From NCBI GenBank assembly GCA_001818155.1, contig MHJU01000036.1, positions 3,615-67,614 on the forward strand: a stretch of 64,000 nt of DNA, given 5' to 3'. How positions within the stretch are numbered: the first letter of the stretch is position 1; each line of letters begins with the position of its first letter. The position numbers were made by a program, and so were the translations under genes. This document shows, in pieces, positions 8,748 to 18,846 of the stretch. This DNA is from Candidatus Jacksonbacteria bacterium RIFCSPLOWO2_02_FULL_44_20 (GTDB taxonomy: Bacteria; Patescibacteriota; Patescibacteriia; UBA9629). The notes under the pieces are model-generated. The model searched no databases, had not been told where the DNA came from, and saw only the letters and a list, made by a program, of their open reading frames with translations.

Positions 8748-9591
8748 GAGTCGCGCGCGGGTTTACGAAATTAGCGGTTCCGATTGCAACCGCCGAGGCG
8801 CCGGCAAGCAGAAATTCTATTGCGTCTTCTGCGGTTTGAATTCCGCCCATGCCGATAATAGGAATTTCAAGGCGCGCTTCTGAAACTAAAAATACTTTTG
8901 CCAGAGCCACAGGGCGAATCGCCGGACCAGAGAGCCCGCCGGTATTTTTTGCAAGATACGGTTCGCGCGTTTTTATATTTATTCGCATTCCGACAAGTGT
9001 GTTTATAAGCGACAGCGCGTCTGCTCCAGCGTCCCGCGCGGATTTTGCAATTGCGACGATGTCGGTAACGTTTGGAGAAAGTTTAGCGATAATCGGAAGA
9101 TCGGTTGCTTTTCGGATTGCGCCCACAACTTCTTTCACGAGCTCCGGATAATCGCAAAATGTTTTTCCGCCCTTCTCAAGATTAGGGCAGGAAAGGTTTA
9201 TCTCAAAGCCGCTGATTCCTTTTTCGCGATTCAATCGTTTCACAATACGCGCGTAGTTTTCAGGAGTTTTGTCAAAGACGCCGACAATAATTGGTACGCG
9301 GTGTTTGAGCAAGCGCGGAAGTTTTTCTCTGATAAATCCTTCCACGCCGTCGTTTTGAAGCCCGATGCTGTTTAACATGCCAGAAGGAGTTTCAACAAGG
9401 CGATGCGGCGGGTTGCCTTTCCATGGCTCCAAGCTCGCGCCTTTTGCGATTATGGCGCCAATGCGCGAAACGTCAATAAAATCGCCAAATTGAGAGCCGT
9501 CTCCAAATGTGCCTGCGGCGGTAGTTACAGGATTTTTCATTTTTATGTCTGCGATTGATACAGAAAGGTTCATAGATTTGATTCTTTCCAC
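8653..9591 (-). CDS. pyrD: Dihydroorotate dehydrogenase, catalytic subunit (class 1B).
   Basis: NPVTTAAGTFG, LSCPN and the GGI...AGAS motifs of class 1 DHODH. Confidence 0.85.
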   Translation of the reverse strand: MERIKSMNLSVSIADIKMKNPVTTAAGTFGDGSQFGDFIDVSRIGAIIAKGASLEPWKGNPPHRLVETPSGMLNSIGLQNDGVEGFIREKLPRLLKHRVPIIVGVFDKTPENYARIVKRLNREKGISGFEINLSCPNLEKGGKTFCDYPELVKEVVGAIRKATDLPIIAKLSPNVTDIVAIAKSARDAGADALSLINTLVGMRINIKTREPYLAKNTGGLSGPAIRPVALAKVFLVSEARLEIPIIGMGGIQTAEDAIEFLLAGASAVAIGTANFVNPRATLDVLEGIEQYMRENSVNDINDLIGAVRAHSQ

Positions 9592-10361
9592 ACGACCTCG
9601 CTCGCATCAAACACCGGGCCTTTTGCGCAGATCATGGAGTATCCCTGACCTTTGATTTCCGCAATGCATCCAATACACGCCCCAAAGCCGCATGCCATGT
9701 GCTCTTCAAGCGAAACTTGGCATTGTAGATTGCGCTCGCTTGCGATTTCTGCGGTTTTTTTCATCATCTGTGTCGGTCCGCAGGCTATGATTGATTCAAG
9801 CGAATTTTTTGATAAGAATTCAGTTAGCAAGTCAGTAACGAATCCTTTGTATCCAAAAGATCCGTCATTGGTTGCGCAATACACTTCTTTTGCAAAGCGC
9901 TTCATCTCTTTTTCGCCGCAGATCATTTTCGCGTTTTTAGCTCCTATAAATCCGATGATTTCGGTTTCAGGAGAATTTTTGAGAGCCCAATTTCCGAACA
10001 TAAGGAGCGGCCCTATTCCAGTTCCGCCTGCGACAAGCCCGATTGTCCGCGCGTTTTTTTCTTTCCAAAACGAATTTCCAAGCGGGCCGATAACTTCAAT
10101 AGTTTCTCCAATCAGTTGTGAGTGCAATGATCTCGTGCCTTTTCCTGTAACGTGATAAATAAAACTTATAACGCCTTTTTCAGGATCCGCGGACGAAAGC
10201 CCCATCGGGCGCTTTAGAAATGTTTCTCCCTTGCATTCAAGCATAATGAATTGCCCGGGAAGGGCTTCGCGCGCGATTTCTTGGCACTCAAGCTCCAATA
10301 AAAAATAACTCTCCGATAGCTCTGTACGGCGGGTGATTATTCCTTGCGCGAGGTGTTTCAT
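9570..10361 (-). CDS. pyrK: Dihydroorotate dehydrogenase electron-transfer subunit
   Basis: FAD/NAD-binding fold with a C-terminal CGFGACIGC 2Fe-2S motif; adjacent to and overlapping pyrD. Confidence 0.8.
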   Translation of the reverse strand: MKHLAQGIITRRTELSESYFLLELECQEIAREALPGQFIMLECKGETFLKRPMGLSSADPEKGVISFIYHVTGKGTRSLHSQLIGETIEVIGPLGNSFWKEKNARTIGLVAGGTGIGPLLMFGNWALKNSPETEIIGFIGAKNAKMICGEKEMKRFAKEVYCATNDGSFGYKGFVTDLLTEFLSKNSLESIIACGPTQMMKKTAEIASERNLQCQVSLEEHMACGFGACIGCIAEIKGQGYSMICAKGPVFDASEVVWKESNL

Positions 10362-10406
10362 TTAAGCGTCTTTACTAATAAAACCAAGTATAATACACTT
10401 GCCTTT

Positions 10407-11369
10407 ATGGAACAAGCAATCCACGATTTTGCAAAACAATTTGAGTTCAGCCCGGAAATTATAAACCGCGAAAACTTGAAAACAGCCGATATATTTGTAC
10501 TTGTCGGTATGGGCGGGTCCCATCTTGCGGGCGATATTCTTTTGGCGCGAAAGCCGGAGTTCCCCATTACTATCTGGAGTAATTACGGACTACCGAAGAT
10601 CGTATCCCCGGAGCGGACTCTTATTATAATAAGTTCATATTCCGGCGATACTGAAGAGACGCTTGACGCTTTTGAGACTGCGCGAAAAGCAGGACATAAT
10701 ACAATCGCAATTTCAAAAGGCGGAGAACTTCTGCGCGTTGCGCGGGAAAATAAAACGCCATTTATTGAACTTCCGAAGTCTGATATTCCACCACGCTCGG
10801 CTCTTGGTTTCTCGCTTCTCGCACTTATTCACGCGTTGGGAGAGAAAAAATTTGAAAAAGAACTCTCTTTGCTCCAAAGTTCTCTTTTTCCGGATGAGTT
10901 TGAAAAAGATGGGAAAAAAATTGCAGATCAGCTTTACGGCTTTGTTCCGGTTATATATTCCTATGCGAGAAACTCCGGAATTGCGTATAATTGGAAAATT
11001 AAATTTAACGAAACTGGCAAAATTCCGGCGTTCTCTAATATCGTTCCGGAGTTAAATCATAACGAAATGAACGGGTTTGACGCGACTTCCACGACGAGAT
11101 CTCTGTGCGACGCATTTTCATTTATTTTTATTGAGTCTGCGGATGACGATCAGAGAACGCAAAAACGTCTGCGCATTCTGAAAGAAATGTATACCGCGCG
11201 CGGGTTATCGGTTATCTCATCGCCTCTTGGCGGAAAGTCGTTTCATCATCTGTTTTCATCTCTTCTTACCGCAGACTGGGCCGCGTTTCATACAGCGCTT
11301 CTCTATAAGCGCGATCCTCTTACAGTGCCAATGATTCGCGAGTTTAAGGTGAGGATGAAAAGTTTATAA
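10407..11369 (+). CDS. Bifunctional phosphoglucose/phosphomannose isomerase (SIS domain, archaeal-type PGI/PMI).
   Basis: SIS motifs VGMGGSHLAGDIL and IIISSYSGDTEETL and the overall length fit. I set the start at MEQAIHDF (10407) to avoid overlap with pyrK. Confidence 0.6.
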   Translation: MEQAIHDFAKQFEFSPEIINRENLKTADIFVLVGMGGSHLAGDILLARKPEFPITIWSNYGLPKIVSPERTLIIISSYSGDTEETLDAFETARKAGHNTIAISKGGELLRVARENKTPFIELPKSDIPPRSALGFSLLALIHALGEKKFEKELSLLQSSLFPDEFEKDGKKIADQLYGFVPVIYSYARNSGIAYNWKIKFNETGKIPAFSNIVPELNHNEMNGFDATSTTRSLCDAFSFIFIESADDDQRTQKRLRILKEMYTARGLSVISSPLGGKSFHHLFSSLLTADWAAFHTALLYKRDPLTVPMIREFKVRMKSL

Positions 11370-11375
11370 TAAAAA

Positions 11376-12599
11376 TCACAGTACTCCATAAAGAAGCGTA
11401 AATACTCCGGCAAGAACAAAGATCGCCTGCCATTGAAATTCTTGAGGAACAATAAATAAAATAACGAGTGTTCCGGCCATTGCAAAGAGTTTCCCGACGA
11501 CCAGCGCCATTTCAAAAAAAATCACATTTTTCATCACGCCGCGTTCTCTTGCGTTATTATATGTAATCGCGCCAAGAGGGATAGAGAGCGAACTTTTCCC
11601 CAAACGCGAAAGAGTGTCTGTAACAAGCGTTCCTATCGGCGCGCGGACAAACAGCCGCACAAACCAAGAAAACGCATATATAATTGTCATAAATCGTAAG
11701 AGCGGACGGTTGCCGGATTTATCAGCGATTTTTCCCATATAGAGCACGATAATGGCTGTGATGAGAGTTGAGACCGCAACCATTGCGCCGGCATTAAGAG
11801 TATTGCCGAAAATCATAAAAATAAAGACAGGCCAAAGCGCCAGCGCGATAAACTCCTCGCCGAATCCTATATAGGCTATCAAACGCCTGCGATTTTCTTT
11901 CCGAAATAAACGGATATACGCCCTTTTATACGAAAATCCAGACGGCTTAAAGCGTTCCGGCGTGAGAAGAAGCGGGGCGTTTGAAAGCGCGATAAGAATG
12001 CTTACTATAATAAAAAGCGCTGTGAAATTAAAAAAATACATCACAGCGCCTCCTAATAAGGGCCCGATAATAAATACAAACGAATTCGCGGCGACAGCAT
12101 TGCCGATTTCCCTTCCTTGTTCAAAATCCTGTCCGTATTTTGCAAAATCAGCATGATATCCCGGCCAGTAAAATGTTTTCTGCGCGGCGTAGAACAGCAC
12201 TGCCGGAATAAGCGCGTAATGCGACTGCGAAACGAGCGCGAGAGACAAATAGTAAAATATGAGAAGCGGACTGCCAAGAAACATGCTGTGTTCAAAACCA
12301 AAACACTTTGCGAATTTTCCTCCAAGAGGCATAAGCGCGAAATACGCAAGATACACTCCAAGATAAAAAAATACGATTCCTTTAAGAGACAGCCCCTGGC
12401 TGTAAAGATAGATCGGTTCAAAAAAGAGAATCATTGAAACCGCCAGATCCAGAGTCGCGGCGCTTAAAAACAGTTCTTTAAGCTCTCCTCGGGCTTTGAC
12501 GGCGAAATACCCTGGTATTGTGCCGAGAAATGTATGACCTTGTATTGGCGCATTTTGCGAAGGCATGTGGATTAGTGTAGCATATTTTAGAGCGTTCAA
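11376..12599 (-). CDS. MFS-type membrane transporter
   Basis: About 12 predicted hydrophobic helices with a central cytoplasmic loop rich in R/K. Confidence 0.55.
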   Translation of the reverse strand: MNALKYATLIHMPSQNAPIQGHTFLGTIPGYFAVKARGELKELFLSAATLDLAVSMILFFEPIYLYSQGLSLKGIVFFYLGVYLAYFALMPLGGKFAKCFGFEHSMFLGSPLLIFYYLSLALVSQSHYALIPAVLFYAAQKTFYWPGYHADFAKYGQDFEQGREIGNAVAANSFVFIIGPLLGGAVMYFFNFTALFIIVSILIALSNAPLLLTPERFKPSGFSYKRAYIRLFRKENRRRLIAYIGFGEEFIALALWPVFIFMIFGNTLNAGAMVAVSTLITAIIVLYMGKIADKSGNRPLLRFMTIIYAFSWFVRLFVRAPIGTLVTDTLSRLGKSSLSIPLGAITYNNARERGVMKNVIFFEMALVVGKLFAMAGTLVILFIVPQEFQWQAIFVLAGVFTLLYGVL

Positions 12600-12722
12600 C
12601 TACTTGTTTTTTTATAAGAACATGTTATACTCGTCTAAAGTTTTATCTGTAAATAACATATCGCTATTTTGGCGACGCGAACCCGGATCCGCTCGCTCAA
12701 ATAGACGATTGCGCATATTTCA

Positions 12723-13091
12723 ATGCTACCTAAAAAAATCAAAGATAATGTTATCTCGCAGTTTAAGATGCACCAAAACGATACAGGATCCGCGTCTGTG
12801 CAAATTGCGCTTCTAACGAAAGAAATAGAACTTTTAACAGAACATCTTCGTTCACATAAAAAGGATTTTTCCTCGCGTAGAGGACTTATCAAAAAAGTAT
12901 CTCAACGACGTCGGTTGCTCAAATTTCTTGAAAAAGATGATTTTAAGCAGTTTGAAGAAATCATCAAAACATTAAAATTGCGGCGTCCGGCAAAGATAAC
13001 CGCAATTGATGAGGATATCGCTCGCGAAGAAAAACTACTAGCAGAGGAGCAGGCAAAAGAGGTTTTAGTAGAAGTTAAAAAAGATGAATAA
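12723..13091 (+). CDS. rpsO: 30S ribosomal protein S15
   Basis: QFKMHQNDTGSASVQIALLTKEIELLTEHLRSHKKDFSSRRGLIKKVSQRRRLLKFL, with a C-terminal K/E-rich extension. Confidence 0.85.
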   Translation: MLPKKIKDNVISQFKMHQNDTGSASVQIALLTKEIELLTEHLRSHKKDFSSRRGLIKKVSQRRRLLKFLEKDDFKQFEEIIKTLKLRRPAKITAIDEDIAREEKLLAEEQAKEVLVEVKKDE

Positions 13092-13103
13092 TTTTATTTT
13101 TTT

Positions 13104-15302
13104 ATGAATGATCCTAAAAAGTGGAGTATTGAATGGGGCGGCCGAACGCTCACAATAGAAGTCGGTAAATATGCCCCGCAAACAGACGCATCGTGCATTT
13201 GCAGATACGGCGACACCGAAGTTTTGGCAACAGTTGTTGAGGCGGCCCATCCTCGCGAAGGCATTGATTTTTTTCCGCTCATGGTTGATTACGAAGAGAA
13301 ATTTTACGCCGCCGGAAAAATAAAGGGCTCTAGGTTTATCAAACGCGAGGGTCGTCCGACAGACGAGGCGATTCTTATGGCACGCATGATTGACCGCGCG
13401 ATTCGTCCGCTCTTTGACAACAAAACCCGCAAAGACGTACAAGTAGTTTTGACAGTATTTTCTATTGATGAGGACAATGACCCGGACATTCCGGCGCTCA
13501 TTGCCGCATCTTTTGCGCTTTCTATTTCGCAGTTGAACTGGCATGGTCCGATTTCCGGCATGCGCATCGGGCTTATAAATGGAGAGTTTACGCTGAATCC
13601 ATCGTATTCCGCGCGCGAACTTGCAAGCGCGGATTGCGTGATCGCAACAACAGAGAATCAAAAACTAATCATGATGGAAGCAGAAGGATCAGAAATTCCT
13701 GAATCGGTTGTGCTTGAAATGATTGCGCTTGCTACAAAACATAATGATCACATGGTCAGATTTTTGAGCGGTATTCAGAAAGAAATCGGAAAGCCAAAAC
13801 TAATCGCGGCCTCCGAGGATCATGGATTGACCGGCGAAGAACTGGAGATCGTTCACAAGTATCTTGCTCGTGAAATTCCGCGCGCGCTTTTCAATCAGCC
13901 AAAAGCTACAAAGCGTGAACGCGGACAAACGGTTTCCGAGTTAAAACAATCACTTGACGAGCATTTGTGCGAAAAACAGATCGGCAAAGATAAACGAGAA
14001 AAGGCGCTTGCGTTAGTAAAAGAAGACGTAGAGCAAGCAGTGTCGCGCGGAATTTTAGATGACGGAAAGCGCGTAGACGGGCGCGGTCTTGAAGACGTTC
14101 GTCCGCTTTTAATGGACGTCTCAATATTTCCGCGCACGCATGGTTCTGCGCATTTCTCGCGCGGGGAAACGCAGGTTGTGTCAATTGTAACTTTAGGCGC
14201 GCCTGGAGACGTGCAGTTTTTGGACACAATGGAAACCGAGGACAAAAAGCACTTTATGCACCACTATAATTTCCCGCCGTTTTCAGTCGGAGAGGTCGCG
14301 CCTCTTCGCGGGCCAGGCAGGCGCGAGATCGGTCATGGAGCTCTTGCTGAAAAAGCTATCCGCGCTGTTCTTCCTCCAAAAACAGCATTTCCCTACACGA
14401 TTCGCGTAGTTTCTGAAGTATTAAGTTCCAACGGATCCTCTTCTATGGCCTCCGCGTGCGGTTCGTCGCTTGCGCTTATGGATACCGGAGTGCCGATTAC
14501 GCGCCATGTTGCCGGAATCGCGATGGGGCTTGCAACCGATGGGAAGCAGTATCGCGTGTTTACCGATCTTCAGGATTTAGAAGACGGGCCTGGCGGAATG
14601 GATTTTAAAATTTGCGGCACGTCAAAAGGCATAACTGCGATTCAGATGGATACGAAAAGCGATGGGCTTCCGTATGAGGTTGTGAAAGAGACGTTTGCAA
14701 AAGCGCGTAAGGCGATTGATGAGATTCTTTTGAAGATGTCAACCCTTATCGCTTCCCCGCGAGCTGAACTTTCTCCTTATTCTCCGCGCATATACACACT
14801 TCACATTGATCCGGAAAAAATCGGGCTTGTGATAGGCCCGCAAGGAAAGATGATAAACAAAATTATTGATGAAACTGGAGTTGAAATTGATATTGAAAAG
14901 GACGGCACTGTGCTCATTACATCGGTTTCTAAAGAGGGCGCCGAAAAAGCCGTCGCGGCTGTTAATGAACTTACGCGCGAGGTGAAAGTGGGCGACATAT
15001 TTGAAGGAAAAGTTACGCGCATTATGAATTTCGGGGCAATGGTTGGAATCACGCCGGCGCAAGACGGCATGGTGCATGTTTCCAATCTTGCGAACGGGTT
15101 TGTCCGTAATGTTGAGGACGTTGTAAAAATGGGCGATATTTTGAAAGTGCGAGTGATTGAAATCGATGAACAAGGACGAGTGAACCTGACGGTTGAAGGC
15201 GTGGAGCCCAAACCAACCCGTCCTATGGGAGCGCGAAACGGCCCACCGCGAGGAAACGGTTTTCGTGGAGGCCCGCCTCGGTCTGGAGGATCACGTTACT
15301 AA
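13104..15302 (+). CDS. pnp: Polynucleotide phosphorylase
   Basis: Two RNase PH domains, KH and S1 domains; canonical rpsO-pnp order; RGG-rich C-terminal tail. Confidence 0.9.
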   Translation: MNDPKKWSIEWGGRTLTIEVGKYAPQTDASCICRYGDTEVLATVVEAAHPREGIDFFPLMVDYEEKFYAAGKIKGSRFIKREGRPTDEAILMARMIDRAIRPLFDNKTRKDVQVVLTVFSIDEDNDPDIPALIAASFALSISQLNWHGPISGMRIGLINGEFTLNPSYSARELASADCVIATTENQKLIMMEAEGSEIPESVVLEMIALATKHNDHMVRFLSGIQKEIGKPKLIAASEDHGLTGEELEIVHKYLAREIPRALFNQPKATKRERGQTVSELKQSLDEHLCEKQIGKDKREKALALVKEDVEQAVSRGILDDGKRVDGRGLEDVRPLLMDVSIFPRTHGSAHFSRGETQVVSIVTLGAPGDVQFLDTMETEDKKHFMHHYNFPPFSVGEVAPLRGPGRREIGHGALAEKAIRAVLPPKTAFPYTIRVVSEVLSSNGSSSMASACGSSLALMDTGVPITRHVAGIAMGLATDGKQYRVFTDLQDLEDGPGGMDFKICGTSKGITAIQMDTKSDGLPYEVVKETFAKARKAIDEILLKMSTLIASPRAELSPYSPRIYTLHIDPEKIGLVIGPQGKMINKIIDETGVEIDIEKDGTVLITSVSKEGAEKAVAAVNELTREVKVGDIFEGKVTRIMNFGAMVGITPAQDGMVHVSNLANGFVRNVEDVVKMGDILKVRVIEIDEQGRVNLTVEGVEPKPTRPMGARNGPPRGNGFRGGPPRSGGSRY

Positions 15303-16606
15303 TTAAGATATTTCAAAACTGCAAGCTCCTCGCCCGCAAGCAATGACAAAGACGCTCCTCCGCCGGTTGAGACGTGTCCAAAACGACCGGCTAAATTGAA
15401 TTTAGCAATTACCCCCTCTGTATCCCCGCCGCCGATAACAGAAAAGCCGTTTGAATCGGCAACCGCGTTTGCGATAGAACGCGTACCATCTCTAAAATTA
15501 AAGTCTTCAAAGTAACCCATTGGACCATTCCAAAAAATAGTCCGGCCTCGTTTAATCACTTCATTATAAACAAACGAGGTCGTGTGTCCGATATCCAGTA
15601 TTGCTTCATCATTATTGCACAACTTTTGCTGGCCGTTTAACTTTTTAATAACGACTGTCTTATCAAAAAACCCTCCATCGGGTTTTTTCTTTGCAATAAT
15701 AACATCAAGAGGAAGTTGAATTTTTGAAAGCGCAACCCGCTCGCCGTTTGGCCACGTGAAAGGGATAAGTTCGTGAGGTACACTCTTGCGAGCAGTATTT
15801 GAAAGCAATGTTTTCGCAATTTCAACCGCATTATAAGTAACCCCTTTTGCCTCATCAACAAACACACTTTCTGTAAGAGATCCGCCAACGTCCATTCCCT
15901 TTGCCTGAAAAAACGGATTTGCAAGTGCGCCGCCTACAAGAACAATGCCGACTTTGTCTAAAAAATTTTGAACCATAGCAATTTTATCAGAAACTTTTGC
16001 GCCGCCCAAAACTACAACAAACGGCTCCATAGGGGATTTTAATATTTGCCCGAGCACAGTGAGCTCGCGCTCCATGAGCAAACCAACGCAAGAGGTGGAG
16101 CGATGATTTTCTAAAATACCTGTAGTTGAGGCGTGCACTCGCATGGCTTGGGCAAAAGCGTCAAACACGACAAAGTCTCCGAGCTTTGCCATTTCGCGCG
16201 CAAGAGACGGATCAGCTTCTGTCTCTCCTTTATTAAAGCGCGTATTTTCAAGCATGATGATCTCTCCGTGCTTAATCGTAAAAATCGCCTCTTCAACTGC
16301 TTTACCAACAGTTTCGTCAAATTTTTTAACCGGCTTACCCAAGAGTTCTGCAAGTCGACGCGCAACAGGATCCATTTTATACTTTTCCTCAACAACACCC
16401 GGTTTTGGCCGTCCAATCCAACCGCCCATAACTATAATAGCGCACCCTTGTTCTAATAGATATTGAATAGTTGGAAGCGTTGCCCTGATGCGCTCGTCAT
16501 CAGGCACGACCCATGTGTCGCCTTCTTTTTTTAATGTAATGTCGTACCCGACGCGCAATAAAATTTTTTTGCCTTTTATATCTGCTCTATCAAGAGTTTT
16601 TAACAT
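15299..16606 (-). CDS. pgk: Phosphoglycerate kinase
   Basis: The N-terminus LDRADIKGKKILLRVGYDITL and the C-terminal GGGASL motif. Confidence 0.9.
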   Translation of the reverse strand: MLKTLDRADIKGKKILLRVGYDITLKKEGDTWVVPDDERIRATLPTIQYLLEQGCAIIVMGGWIGRPKPGVVEEKYKMDPVARRLAELLGKPVKKFDETVGKAVEEAIFTIKHGEIIMLENTRFNKGETEADPSLAREMAKLGDFVVFDAFAQAMRVHASTTGILENHRSTSCVGLLMERELTVLGQILKSPMEPFVVVLGGAKVSDKIAMVQNFLDKVGIVLVGGALANPFFQAKGMDVGGSLTESVFVDEAKGVTYNAVEIAKTLLSNTARKSVPHELIPFTWPNGERVALSKIQLPLDVIIAKKKPDGGFFDKTVVIKKLNGQQKLCNNDEAILDIGHTTSFVYNEVIKRGRTIFWNGPMGYFEDFNFRDGTRSIANAVADSNGFSVIGGGDTEGVIAKFNLAGRFGHVSTGGGASLSLLAGEELAVLKYLN

Positions 16607-16615
16607 AATTTTGAA

Positions 16616-17173
16616 TTAAAATTCATAACACGGATATCCCAATCGCGCGGCGAGGCGAGGGTGATACACTTTGCCAAGCATGAGAACAAGCGTCTCGCGG
16701 AGCGCCTCGTCATCCACAAGCGCTTTTGTTCCTTTTGCGGCGAGTTTTAAGAGGAAAGGAAGAGTATAGTTTGAAAATTCAACAGGCGAGCCATCGCTTA
16801 CAGTTTTGTTAACAAACCCGGGCAAATCCTCATAACTCATGAACGAAATTTTTTGGGAAAGCATTTTTTCAATAATCTTCCGTTCAATACCGCTTACTTT
16901 TGCAAAAAATAGTTTAGTTTCTCCATAGGCGTATTCTATGTCGTCCAGTTCCGGTACTCCAAGTTTCACGATTAAATCCCCGCGATCAAGAAGTTCCTCG
17001 CGAGTGTTAATAATGTAGCCGCCGACATTCAAATACACGCGCGCCAATTCATCCTCGGCGCGCCCTTCAATAAGCACTGTATGATGATTTTGCGACAGCA
17101 CAGACACAAACTCCGGCGTTACGCCCAGCGGCGCAGATTTTTTTGTTTTGAAAATACTGATAATCATTTCCAC
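16616..17173 (-). CDS. Hypothetical protein, weakly AlaDH/PNT N-terminal-domain-like.
   Basis: GVTPEFVSVLSQNHHTVLIEGRA...GDLIVKLGVPELDDI loosely resembles AlaDH_PNT_N. There is no NAD-binding domain. Confidence 0.3.
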   Translation of the reverse strand: MEMIISIFKTKKSAPLGVTPEFVSVLSQNHHTVLIEGRAEDELARVYLNVGGYIINTREELLDRGDLIVKLGVPELDDIEYAYGETKLFFAKVSGIERKIIEKMLSQKISFMSYEDLPGFVNKTVSDGSPVEFSNYTLPFLLKLAAKGTKALVDDEALRETLVLMLGKVYHPRLAARLGYPCYEF

Positions 17174-18006
17174 TCTTTTAGAACTTTTTCATACACAGCT
17201 GGCGTTGAAATGTCGTACCACTGATTTTGAAGAACATAACCTGGCAGTGAATGTTTTTTTACAAGATCAGGAAGAACGTCCTTTTCCAAACTTACTTTTT
17301 TGTTTTTAGGAATGTAGGAGAATATTCGCGGAGTAAAAAGGAAAATACCGGCTGATATAAGATGCGAGCGCGCGCTGTTCTGGGCTGGTTTTTCAACAAA
17401 TTCTATAATTTTATCGCCTTGAAGTTTTACAACTCCCCAAAGTTCCGGAGTTGCGGTTGTTGTAAGCGCGAGCGCTCCGATATCGCTTTTGTGTTCGGAG
17501 GAGAAACGGGCAAAATCAGTGTAGTTTATGTCTGTAAGGACATCAGCGTAAATTAAAAAAAACGGCTCATCTTTGATGAGACGAAGCTGAAATTGTTTTA
17601 GCGCTCCTCCTGTGCCGACGTTTTTCTTTTCCTGCGCGACATAGTCAATGTGAACACCAAATTTGCTTCCATTTCCAAAATAAGATTCTATTTTTTCTTT
17701 GAGATAGCCGACGGAAATAGAAATATCTCGAATATCGTATTTGCGCAAACGCGCGATGATATGTTCCAAAAGAGGCCGCCCCTTTACAGGAAGCATGGCT
17801 TTCGGCATTTCATATGTGAACGGGCGAAATGTAATTCCTTGATCTGCCGCAAGAATGACGGCTTTATTGACTTTGCGAGAAAGCGTATCTGAAAGCAGAG
17901 CCTCAATCGCGTGAGAACGATTGCGGATATTAACGCCGTCGGCATGCCGATCTAAAGAGTCAACCAAATCTTTGCGCAGAGTTATAGTAAGACGAACACG
18001 TTTCAT
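17164..18006 (-). CDS. Sugar-phosphate nucleotidyltransferase with an N-terminal ribbon-helix-helix (CopG-like) domain.
   Basis: RHH-like VRLTITLRKDLVDSLDRHADG...RNRSHAIEALL is followed by KAVILAADQGITFRPFTYEMPKAMLPVKGRPLLE (G-x-G-T-R-L NTP-transferase loop) and a GTGGAL motif. Confidence 0.65.
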   Translation of the reverse strand: MKRVRLTITLRKDLVDSLDRHADGVNIRNRSHAIEALLSDTLSRKVNKAVILAADQGITFRPFTYEMPKAMLPVKGRPLLEHIIARLRKYDIRDISISVGYLKEKIESYFGNGSKFGVHIDYVAQEKKNVGTGGALKQFQLRLIKDEPFFLIYADVLTDINYTDFARFSSEHKSDIGALALTTTATPELWGVVKLQGDKIIEFVEKPAQNSARSHLISAGIFLFTPRIFSYIPKNKKVSLEKDVLPDLVKKHSLPGYVLQNQWYDISTPAVYEKVLKEWK

Positions 18007-18083
18007 AAAAGTATGATGGTATCATACCTCTGCGTAAAAACTCTGTCAAGAAATGGGTTCTGAACTGGATATGGCTTTGGTCA

Positions 18084-18644
18084 TTACACCCTCTCCACAT
18101 ATTCTCCGGTTTCCGTATTCACGCGGACAACGTCTCCGGTTTTTACAAAAAGCGGCACGTTTAGAGCAAAGCCGCTTTCAAGATTAGCTGGTTTGTAGGC
18201 AGTGCCGGAGGCGGTGTCGCCTTTTACACCGGGCTCTGTCTCTACTATTTTGAGATCCACTTTCGGCGGAAGTTCAATGTCAATTGCCGCCCCCTCAAAC
18301 ATTAAAACAGTAATCGGCTGGCCTTCTTTCAAAAATTTCAATTTTGATTCAATGCGCGCGCTGTCAATCGTAAGTTCTTCAAATGTATTGAGATCCATAA
18401 AATGCGCGGAGTTCGTATCTATGTAAAGAAAATCAGCTGATGCGCGGGCAGTATCTGCATCGTTTAACTTGTCCCCGGCTTTAAGCGTGAGGGTTTGCAC
18501 GGACTGGGTAATCATGTCGCGAATTTTCACTGTAACAACCGCAGAACCGCGCCCTTTGTGAGAATGCGAAAATTCCAAAACAACTGCCGGATTGTCGCGA
18601 TATTTGAAAATGACGCCTTTTTTAAGATCATTCGGCTCTAACAT
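18084..18644 (-). CDS. efp: Elongation factor P
   Basis: KOW-like N-terminus and an EF-P C-terminus (GDTASGTAYKPANLESGFALNVPLFVKTGDVVRVNTETGEYVERV). I set the start at MLEPNDLKKG instead of the longer track ORF. Confidence 0.8.
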   Translation of the reverse strand: MLEPNDLKKGVIFKYRDNPAVVLEFSHSHKGRGSAVVTVKIRDMITQSVQTLTLKAGDKLNDADTARASADFLYIDTNSAHFMDLNTFEELTIDSARIESKLKFLKEGQPITVLMFEGAAIDIELPPKVDLKIVETEPGVKGDTASGTAYKPANLESGFALNVPLFVKTGDVVRVNTETGEYVERV

Positions 18645-18837
18645 ATGGAAGCAACGCCATTTCCCGCGCTCGTTTAATCGCTGAAGTAATTTTGCGCTGA
18701 TGTTTTGAACACAGATGCGTGTACCGCCGCGGAAGAATTTTTTTATAGCCGGATGTGTAATAACGAAGCGCTTCCGACACCTTATAATCAATCGGGGTCT
18801 GCTTTTCTACACAATAATAACAATGATTTGGTTGCAT
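18628..18837 (-). CDS. rpsR: 30S ribosomal protein S18
   Basis: CYYCVEKQTPIDYKVSEALRYYTSGYKKILPRRYTHLCSKHQRKITSAIKRAREMALLPY. Confidence 0.8.
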   Translation of the reverse strand: MQPNHCYYCVEKQTPIDYKVSEALRYYTSGYKKILPRRYTHLCSKHQRKITSAIKRAREMALLPYVRAE

Positions 18838-18846
18838 AGTTTTTGA

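Noticed and set aside
12053-12437. ORFs 12053..12421 (minus) and 12117..12437 (plus) inside the MFS transporter gene
   Set aside because: They are alternative-frame or antisense ORFs within a long membrane-protein gene, and are basic low-complexity translations.
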